This document shows, piece after piece, positions 7,630-14,812 of a stretch of DNA of 64,000 nucleotides (positions within the stretch are counted from its first letter, which is position 1; each line of letters begins with the position of its first letter). The notes under the pieces were generated by a model. It made no database searches, was not told where the DNA came from, and saw only the letters and a program-made list of their open reading frames with translations. This DNA is from Longimicrobiales bacterium. Lineage in GTDB: Bacteria; Gemmatimonadota; Gemmatimonadetes; Longimicrobiales; Gaopeijiaceae. The stretch covers positions 192,001-256,000 of the forward strand of contig CBDFMQ010000002.1 of the NCBI GenBank assembly GCA_965249725.1. Direction: 5' to 3'. A program made the position numbers and the translations under genes.

Positions 7630-9295
7630 TCGCATCAAGCACGAGCTGTACCCCTTGCGCCTCACGAAGCGTCAACGGGCATATCTCCGCGCTGTGCTGG
7701 AGCGCTACCGCCGCCGACTGAGCGGGATCACCGTCTTGATCCTCGCCGCCACTCTCTGCGAGATCGCGATCCCCCTGGTCACGCACGTATTCCTGAAGCG
7801 GTATTCTCTCCAGTTGGAATGGGGGCGACTCTCTTGGGCCTTCGCCGGGCTGGTCGCGCTGGCAGTCGTCTATCTCGGCATCGCGTATCAGCGGATCAAG
7901 CATGAGAAGACCGCCATCGTGCTGCTGCTGAATGAGTTGCGCCACGAGTGGGTGGCGTTCTTCTTGCGCAAGTCACCGCTCTCTCTGCGGCACCACGACA
8001 AAGGTGTCCTGCTCACGAGGATCAGCTATCACCTGTCCCTTCTACAAATGGGACTGGGGAACGCGTTCTTCGTTGGGCTACAGAGCGTATTGCTGGTGGT
8101 GGGCCTCGTTGCTGTGACCTTCTTCATCGACACTCGGCTCCTTATTCTAGTGCTCGCAACCCTGCCTTTCTGCGCCATCCTCTTTGCGGCAGGATATGTG
8201 GTCTCACGATTCTACCTGAGTCAGGATCAGACCCTCTATTCGAAGATCCTCCAGTACGTCTCAGACGTTTTCAACGAACTGCCGGCGATCCACTTCGCGA
8301 ACAAACGGCCAGCCGTGCTGGACCATCTCGATCAGATGGTGAGCATCGATTCCTACTTTCGGGTGCGGCGAGAGCTATGGCTGAAGTTCGGCAACGTCAT
8401 TCTCTTCGTGCTCCTGGCTCTCCTCACGGGGGCCTTCTACCTCGTGGAGACGATGGTGCCCTTCTTTGAGCTGGACGGTCGCGTACAGCTCCCCGTGTAC
8501 ATCATCGTCTCCGGCATCCTGATCAAGCTGCTATACCAGAGTCTGCGAGTGGGCTTGTTCGCTTTTCCAGTCACGCTCGGCTTAGTGCTCTGCATTGGCG
8601 AGGGCTTTCCCTTGGGGAAGAGGCGGAAGCAGCAACCCATCCGGGAGTTCTCGGAGATATCGTTTTCGGCGAAGAAGGTCAGGCTCTTCCCTGACGGACC
8701 GATGGTCCGAGACAAGGAGTTTCGTTTCCGCCCCGGTGACCGAGTTCTAATCACTGGTCGGGAGGGGTCCGGCAAGAGCACGTTGGGGCAGTTGTTCTCG
8801 GGGCTTGCTCCGCTTGGTTTCACCAAGCCCTGGCGGATCAGAGTGCAGGGAGAGCGCCTCTCGTACCAACATTGGAGAGACCGTGCGCACGGTCTGACGA
8901 CCATTAGTCCCTTCTTCCAGAGCCAGGGAACCGTCTTCGAGTTCTTTTCACAGCAGCACAGCTACGACAGCCCTCCAACTGATATCAGGGTCTTCCTCGA
9001 AAGGCTCGCGCCGTACCCCGAGTTGAAAGGACTCCTTTCGCACGTTCGCGTTTTGGGCAAGCGAATCACACCTCAAAACACGTCGTTCGCGGAATTGGGA
9101 ATCCTGCAGATGGCGGCGTGTCTGCTTCATGCCCCGCGCGTCTTGGTGGTAGACAACACCTGGTTGGATCTGCGTCACGAAGGCGTCGACCGGGTTCTTC
9201 AGCTGCTCGATCGTGAACTGACGTCTACGGTTCTGATATGCTTTGCTCGAAACCGGAACGACCACCTCGATTATGATCAGTATCTCACGATCTAG
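7586..9295 (+). CDS. ABC-exporter-like protein (TM domain + degenerate ATPase)
   Basis: About six TM helices then Walker A GREGSGKST and Walker B-like VLVVDN; probable start ATG 7586 overlapping the RT stop (ORF track starts at 7544). Confidence 0.8.
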   Translation: MEDAHSQAWLFQRANRIKHELYPLRLTKRQRAYLRAVLERYRRRLSGITVLILAATLCEIAIPLVTHVFLKRYSLQLEWGRLSWAFAGLVALAVVYLGIAYQRIKHEKTAIVLLLNELRHEWVAFFLRKSPLSLRHHDKGVLLTRISYHLSLLQMGLGNAFFVGLQSVLLVVGLVAVTFFIDTRLLILVLATLPFCAILFAAGYVVSRFYLSQDQTLYSKILQYVSDVFNELPAIHFANKRPAVLDHLDQMVSIDSYFRVRRELWLKFGNVILFVLLALLTGAFYLVETMVPFFELDGRVQLPVYIIVSGILIKLLYQSLRVGLFAFPVTLGLVLCIGEGFPLGKRRKQQPIREFSEISFSAKKVRLFPDGPMVRDKEFRFRPGDRVLITGREGSGKSTLGQLFSGLAPLGFTKPWRIRVQGERLSYQHWRDRAHGLTTISPFFQSQGTVFEFFSQQHSYDSPPTDIRVFLERLAPYPELKGLLSHVRVLGKRITPQNTSFAELGILQMAACLLHAPRVLVVDNTWLDLRHEGVDRVLQLLDRELTSTVLICFARNRNDHLDYDQYLTI

Positions 9296-10745
9296 ATTCC
9301 GCCTGAGCAACCGCGAGCGGCGGTTCCTACAAAAGGGGGCGACACTCTTTGTGGCGTTCTCGGTGCTTGTTGTAGCCGCCTCGTTTCGCTTTGGAGACGT
9401 CCTTCGCAACCAGAAGCCCGCCTACTTCGTTACTGAGCAGGTGGTGGAGGGTCCTCTGCGGGGGAGGCTTCTCTTTAACGACGCCCCGAACAGCACCGCA
9501 CTATCGGAGTCCATCGTTTCCGTGATTCTCCAGGCCGAGCACTCGGCCGAGATGGGCATGTATTCCTTCAAGCACGAGGGGATTCGGCAGGCGTTGCTGA
9601 AGTCCTTCCAGGCAGGGAAGGTGGTGCACCTGGTCTTGGAACGCAGCAATCACCTCCAGCACGAGCGATTCTTGGGGGAGTACGATCTTCCGGTCACTGA
9701 ACTCGGCTCTTCGATTGGCGCGGAGCAGGGGGACTACGTACACCACAAGTTCTTGTTGAGCGACCGTGGTGAGAGGGGCGCTCAGCTGCTGGTCGGATCG
9801 CTGAACTACACTCCGCTCCAGGAACAATACGATCCCAGCTTCCTGCTTCACACGGCCGATCCGACCGTCCTGGAGGCGTTTTCAGCCGAGTTCGCACTCC
9901 TTGAGCGCAGGGTACGTGGTCGCAGCAAGCTCCGACAACCCGGCTACCGTCCATTGAGTAAGCGCCTACGATATTCCAATGGCCTCTTGGAGGTTTGGTT
10001 CGGACCCGGTATCGGGGGAAACTCCGTCAAGCACCGTCTCATCGATCTCATTCAGCAGGCGCAAACGGCCATCGATGTCATCATTTGGCAGATGACCGAC
10101 CGCGACGTTGCGCGCGTCCTCGTCGATAAGGCCCGAGAGGGCATCCCCGTGAGGATCATCACCGACGATTTCTACATTTGGGGCGATCATTCAGCGTTCC
10201 AGACGTTGGAGAACGCTCTCAATCAAGACGCTGACCTACCCATTGAGATCATCAGTGACTTGTACCGAACGCTCGATTTCTCGGGACTGATTCGAACGGA
10301 GGAGGACTATTTCAACCCCTATATCCACCAGCACACGTTGATCGTGGATGACAGCGTGGTCTTGTCGGGAACGAACAACTGGACGGCCAATGGCTTCTAC
10401 AGAAACGACGAAAGCGTCTTCGTTTCTGACGTCGACTTTTGGGTGGATGGGTTTCGGGCGTCGTTCGCCCGTCACTACGAACAGCTGCGAGGCCGTCCAT
10501 TGGTTGTGTGGCGAGAAGGAGACGAACTCCACGTCGGGGAGGGTAATCGTGATCTCCTTGGCAAGACCCTTGTTGCCTATCACGAACGGAGTGAAGTAGA
10601 AGAGGTGCCACGGCCGTGTTTACGAGTCACCGTAACCGATGTCTCTCACGCTATCGTCATTCCTCCGGCATGTCGAGGCCGACACATCGCCGTGCTCGTC
10701 CTGGACCGGCAAGACCGGATGGTGGCGGCCGGCTACGTCAGGTAG
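9273..10745 (+). CDS. Membrane-anchored phospholipase D/nuclease superfamily protein, two PLD domains
   Basis: HHKFLLSD...GSLNYT and HQHTLIVD...SGTNNWT; N-terminal hydrophobic helix; ATG 9273 overlaps the ABC gene stop. Confidence 0.85.
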   Translation: MISISRSRFRLSNRERRFLQKGATLFVAFSVLVVAASFRFGDVLRNQKPAYFVTEQVVEGPLRGRLLFNDAPNSTALSESIVSVILQAEHSAEMGMYSFKHEGIRQALLKSFQAGKVVHLVLERSNHLQHERFLGEYDLPVTELGSSIGAEQGDYVHHKFLLSDRGERGAQLLVGSLNYTPLQEQYDPSFLLHTADPTVLEAFSAEFALLERRVRGRSKLRQPGYRPLSKRLRYSNGLLEVWFGPGIGGNSVKHRLIDLIQQAQTAIDVIIWQMTDRDVARVLVDKAREGIPVRIITDDFYIWGDHSAFQTLENALNQDADLPIEIISDLYRTLDFSGLIRTEEDYFNPYIHQHTLIVDDSVVLSGTNNWTANGFYRNDESVFVSDVDFWVDGFRASFARHYEQLRGRPLVVWREGDELHVGEGNRDLLGKTLVAYHERSEVEEVPRPCLRVTVTDVSHAIVIPPACRGRHIAVLVLDRQDRMVAAGYVR

Positions 10746-10795
10746 TTGGAAGTCCGACGAGGACCGCGACTCCCATATCGAATTCGACCAGGCCG

Positions 10796-11194
10796 CTAGT
10801 GACCGCTGTTGTCGGCCTCGCAGTTGGGGGCACAACCCGGGTTATCCTCGGGGTCGTTGGGATCACTTCCTGCATCCTCCTCCTCCCCGTTGGTCCATCC
10901 GTCACCGTCATCATCGTCCCCGGCATCCCTCGGATAGCTGTCAGCGTTGTCAGGGTCCGAACCATAGTCTCTCTCGTCGGCGTTGTTGGATCCGTCGCCG
11001 TCATTGTCTCCATTGGGGTCTTCCGGATAGTCCTCTGCATCATTCGGATCGGTACCCGCATCTTCTTCTTCGGCGTTGGTGAACTCATCCCCGTCATTGT
11101 CGTCCCCGGGGTTGTTTGAGGGGTTACATGCGGCCAAGAAGGTCGATAACAGTAGCGGAAGAAACAGCCTCTTTAGAGCATGGAAGTAGTTCAT
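10796..11194 (-). CDS. Lipoprotein with three acidic TSP3-like (Ca-binding) repeats
   Basis: Lipobox LAA-C; repeats DNDGDEFTNAEEEDAGTDP, DNDGDGSNNADERDYGSDP, DDDGDGWTNGEEEDAGSDP. Confidence 0.75.
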   Translation of the reverse strand: MNYFHALKRLFLPLLLSTFLAACNPSNNPGDDNDGDEFTNAEEEDAGTDPNDAEDYPEDPNGDNDGDGSNNADERDYGSDPDNADSYPRDAGDDDDGDGWTNGEEEDAGSDPNDPEDNPGCAPNCEADNSGH

Positions 11195-11389
11195 GTACCT
11201 TCTTGCCTCCCTCAGATTCACCCTTGGTGACGAGAACTAGAGCGGCGCCCTGCGGAGTTCTTGCGTCGTCATCGGTCGGGTAGCGGGTCTCGATCGTCGA
11301 CGCCACCCAGGTCGCGCGAAAGCAAGCAGTCCCTGGCGGCTCGGGACAACGTGATAGACGGAGCTGCTGCGGTCAACCTGAGGCTAGAT

Positions 11390-13399
11390 TCAGGACACTG
11401 AGTCCGACTGCCGAGCAATCTCCACACGGGCGTCGTTGAAGCACGCTCCCCCGCCGACCACATTCAGGTGCGTCGGACAGAGTGCGGTAGAGGTCAGCCC
11501 GTTCTTCGACGACTTCCGCCAGGCTCCCTTGGGCATCGACGCCACCCCCGGCCTCACCCGTTCCTCGAGCCGTGCCTCGCAGATGACTTCGCCCAGTTCG
11601 TTGAACACACGGACGACCTCACCGTCTGTGATGCCCCGCGGGGCGGCGTCCACCGGGTTGATGGACACCGACAGCACCGGATAGTTGAACTCGCCAAAGG
11701 TGCTCGACACCATCTTGTTGGTTGCCGGGCTGATCAATGTGAGCGGATACTCGGTGTCTTCGGCCGCTTCGTACTGATAGGGCTGTGGGCCGAGCTGAGA
11801 CGGGGTCAGGTGGATCCGGCCGTCGGGCGTGCGAGGCATGATCGTGCGGAGCTGGATCGCGCCGTCGGGAAAATCGACGGTGTCCACGCGTCCGGCCGAC
11901 AATGCCTCCACGTTCGCGGGACGACCCTCCAGGCTGAGTTCTTCCGCGACCTTCCGCATGTGGGTCTCACCGTCCCAGTCGAAGGGCGCATCGTCGAACC
12001 CGTTGGCCCGCGCCAACATGGAGAACACCTCGTCGTTGGGCTTCGCCTCCCCCATGGGATCGATCACCGGGCGGATCCCACCGACCACGTAGTTGCCGTA
12101 GCCGACTCGCAGGTCGTGCTGCTCCAGGAATGTCGTCGCGGGCAAGATGATGTCGGCGTAGTAGGCCGTATCCGTCATGACCTGATCGAAGACGACGGTG
12201 AAGAGATCCTCTCTCGCCAGGCCGCGGAGGACGGCATTCTGGTCGGGTACGGTGACCGCCGGATTGCAGTTGTAGACGAAGAGGCCCTTCAGTGGGGGGC
12301 TCTGATCTTCGTTCAGAAACTCCCCGAGAGACGTCATGTTGATGAGGCGCGTGGTCCAATCGACGTCTCCGTAGACTCGACTCGCGTTCACTTTGGCGGC
12401 CCCGGTGTTGCTCATCGTATAGCCGCCGGCATGGACCCCGAACTTTCCCATGAGCGCAGGCATCGCCAGGATGGCAGCGACTGCCTGACCGCCGTTGCGA
12501 TTCCGCTCCAGCCCCCAACCGCACCGGATGACGGCGGGACTGGCGTCCGCATAGGACCGAGCCAGGGTCTCGATGTCTTCGGCACGAACCCCTGATTCGG
12601 CGGCAGCGGCGTCCAAGGTCCACCTCTCGGCCTGTGCCAGCAGAGGTTCGAGCCCTGATGCCTCCTCGGCGAGGAACTCGTCATCGAGTTCTCCCGCCTC
12701 GTGCCAAAGCCGTATCATCGCGAGGGCCAACGGCAGATCGGTGCCGGGTCGTACCGGAAGGTGCAGGTCGATCTCGTTGTCGGAGAAACGGTTCCAGGGA
12801 TCGACCACGGCGACGAACGCGCCGTTCCGCTTCGCCTTACGCAGATACGGCACCAGATGGATGTTCGAGGCCTTGGGGTTCGCTCCCCAAACGATGATCG
12901 CTTGCGCGTCCGGATAGGCCTCGAACGGGACACCGGGCATCTTGCCGTACATCCCGATCGCCACCTCCGTGGTCGGGACCGCGCAGATGGTCTTGTCGAG
13001 GCGCGACGCCCCCAACCGTGCGAAGTAGAGCCTGTCCAAGCCGCCGTCGCTCAGGAGTCCGTTCGAGCCCCCGTAATGGTAGGGAAGGATGGCTTCTCCA
13101 CCCCACTCCTGTTTGATCTCCTCGAACCGCTCGGTGATCTCGCGGATCGCCTCGTCCCACGAGATAAGGACGTACTCGTCGGAGCCCTTGGCGCCCGCCC
13201 GTCGCATCGGGTGGAGCAGGCGGTCTTCGTGATAGACGCGCTGGCCGTACTGGCGGACCTTGTCGCAGATGAAGCCGTTGGTGACGCTGTGGTCTCGGCT
13301 TCCGGAGATGCTCTGCAGTTTGCCGTCCTCGACCCGCACCTCGAGTGCGCAGGTGTCCGGGCAGTCCATGATGCAGGTGGTGGCCAGGGTTTTCGTCAT
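11390..13399 (-). CDS. Molybdopterin-dependent oxidoreductase (DMSO reductase/FDH-alpha superfamily)
   Basis: N-terminal CIMDCPDTC...C [4Fe-4S] motif, YADIILPATTFLE, C-terminal dinucleotide-binding domain; GAGGA RBS before ATG 13399. Confidence 0.9.
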   Translation of the reverse strand: MTKTLATTCIMDCPDTCALEVRVEDGKLQSISGSRDHSVTNGFICDKVRQYGQRVYHEDRLLHPMRRAGAKGSDEYVLISWDEAIREITERFEEIKQEWGGEAILPYHYGGSNGLLSDGGLDRLYFARLGASRLDKTICAVPTTEVAIGMYGKMPGVPFEAYPDAQAIIVWGANPKASNIHLVPYLRKAKRNGAFVAVVDPWNRFSDNEIDLHLPVRPGTDLPLALAMIRLWHEAGELDDEFLAEEASGLEPLLAQAERWTLDAAAAESGVRAEDIETLARSYADASPAVIRCGWGLERNRNGGQAVAAILAMPALMGKFGVHAGGYTMSNTGAAKVNASRVYGDVDWTTRLINMTSLGEFLNEDQSPPLKGLFVYNCNPAVTVPDQNAVLRGLAREDLFTVVFDQVMTDTAYYADIILPATTFLEQHDLRVGYGNYVVGGIRPVIDPMGEAKPNDEVFSMLARANGFDDAPFDWDGETHMRKVAEELSLEGRPANVEALSAGRVDTVDFPDGAIQLRTIMPRTPDGRIHLTPSQLGPQPYQYEAAEDTEYPLTLISPATNKMVSSTFGEFNYPVLSVSINPVDAAPRGITDGEVVRVFNELGEVICEARLEERVRPGVASMPKGAWRKSSKNGLTSTALCPTHLNVVGGGACFNDARVEIARQSDSVS

Positions 13400-13409
13400 G
13401 GGGTGTCCT

Positions 13410-14561
13410 CTACGCTCCCAGGATCTCGCCGAGCGAGGCGAGCAGGTAATGCACGTTACGCTCACTCGCGCTGTAGCCCATCAGGCCGATACGCCATCCC
13501 TTGCCCTTGAGGGGACCAAATCCTCCTGCGATCTCGATTCTGTAGTCCTGCAGGAGACGCGACCGCACCGCTGCGTCGTCGACGCCCTCGGGGATCAGCA
13601 CGCAGTTGAGCATGGAAAGGCGATTGGTCGGATCGCCGAACAACTCGATGCCGAGATCGGTGAGTCCGGCCTTGAGCATGTCCCCACACTTCTCGTGGCG
13701 GGCGACGCGAGCTTCGAGACCCTCCTCGAGAATGATGCGCAGCGCCTCACGCATCGCGCAAATCTGGGGTCCAGGCGCCGTGTGATGATACCCTCGCTCG
13801 GGAGCCCAGTACTGCCGGTGTAGCAGCAGGTCGAAGTACCATGTATCAACGGCTGCCGTGCGGGATTCGATGACCTTGAGGGCGCGGTCGTTCAGTGTGA
13901 TGCAGGAGATGCCGGCCGGCCCCCCGATGCACTTCTGCCCGCCGCTGTAGCAGATGTCGATAAGCAGATCGTCAACGGGAATGTTGGCGCCGCCCAGTGA
14001 GCAGACGGTGTCGACCAGGAACAATTTGTCCCTCTCCCGGGCGAGCTGCCCGACTTCGGCCAGCGGCTGACCGACCCCCGACGATGTCTCTCCATGGACC
14101 ACCGCAACCATCTTGGCGTTGGGGTGGGAGTCGAGGGCGTCGCGAATCTGGTCGGGCTCCACCACCTGGCCCAACTCGACCTCGACTCGGATGGCCGTAC
14201 CACCATGGTGCTCGACGATGTCGCCCATACGCTGACCGAAGAACCCGTGGATGCCCACGATTACCTCGTCACCCGGCTCGACCACGTTGCAGATGGCGGC
14301 TTCCATCCCCGCCATCCCCGATCCGGGCAGGGTGATGGCCATCTCGTTCTCGGTCTGAAAGACATGGCGGAGCAAGGCCATGGTCTCATCCATGATCACG
14401 ATGAACTCGGGATCGAGGTATCCGAGGATCGGGCTCGTCATGGCCTGGAAGACACGTGGATGGAGGTTGCTTGGCCCCGGTCCGAGTAGCGTTCGCGGCT
14501 CGTGCACCAGTTGTTTGAAGGAGTCGGCGTCCGTGCTCTGAGCAGCCTGTGCGTGGGTCAT
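13410..14561 (-). CDS. Alanine-glyoxylate/serine-pyruvate aminotransferase family (class V)
   Basis: LLGPGPS, VHGETSSG, VDTVCSLGG, SGGQKC (PLP Lys), WRIGLMG. Confidence 0.9.
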   Translation of the reverse strand: MTHAQAAQSTDADSFKQLVHEPRTLLGPGPSNLHPRVFQAMTSPILGYLDPEFIVIMDETMALLRHVFQTENEMAITLPGSGMAGMEAAICNVVEPGDEVIVGIHGFFGQRMGDIVEHHGGTAIRVEVELGQVVEPDQIRDALDSHPNAKMVAVVHGETSSGVGQPLAEVGQLARERDKLFLVDTVCSLGGANIPVDDLLIDICYSGGQKCIGGPAGISCITLNDRALKVIESRTAAVDTWYFDLLLHRQYWAPERGYHHTAPGPQICAMREALRIILEEGLEARVARHEKCGDMLKAGLTDLGIELFGDPTNRLSMLNCVLIPEGVDDAAVRSRLLQDYRIEIAGGFGPLKGKGWRIGLMGYSASERNVHYLLASLGEILGA

Positions 14562-14812
14562 ATCTCGGGTGTCTCCTCTTATTGCCGTCTAATGCCTCGA
14601 TGGGCGTTGCTAGTCGTGGTGTCCTGCCGAGGCCAACGGGGGGAACCGAGCGGCCGGAGCGAAGGGAGAAGATGCGTTAGGGGTCCACGATCGGCTAGCC
14701 GGGGTCGAGCCCGCCTCCCTTCCAACCTTCTCGCCCCGCAGCCCATCTCATTTAGGGACCACGGCCGAGAGCGAATGTCGGACGAACACACGGAACGCAT
14801 GGGAGGCGGTCG

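Noticed and set aside
6102..7750. Group II intron
   Set aside because: The upstream leader is far too short for domains I-III, no domain V/VI hairpin is visible after the RT stop, and the next gene overlaps the RT 3' end.
6102..11389. Diversity-generating retroelement
   Set aside because: I found no ~100-bp template/variable repeat pair differing at adenines and no Avd-like small gene. The lipoprotein repeats are diverged protein repeats.
11390..13399. Selenocysteine formate dehydrogenase
   Set aside because: The ORF is uninterrupted, the likely Mo-ligand region has Cys (KTICAVP), and no FDH partner subunits are adjacent.
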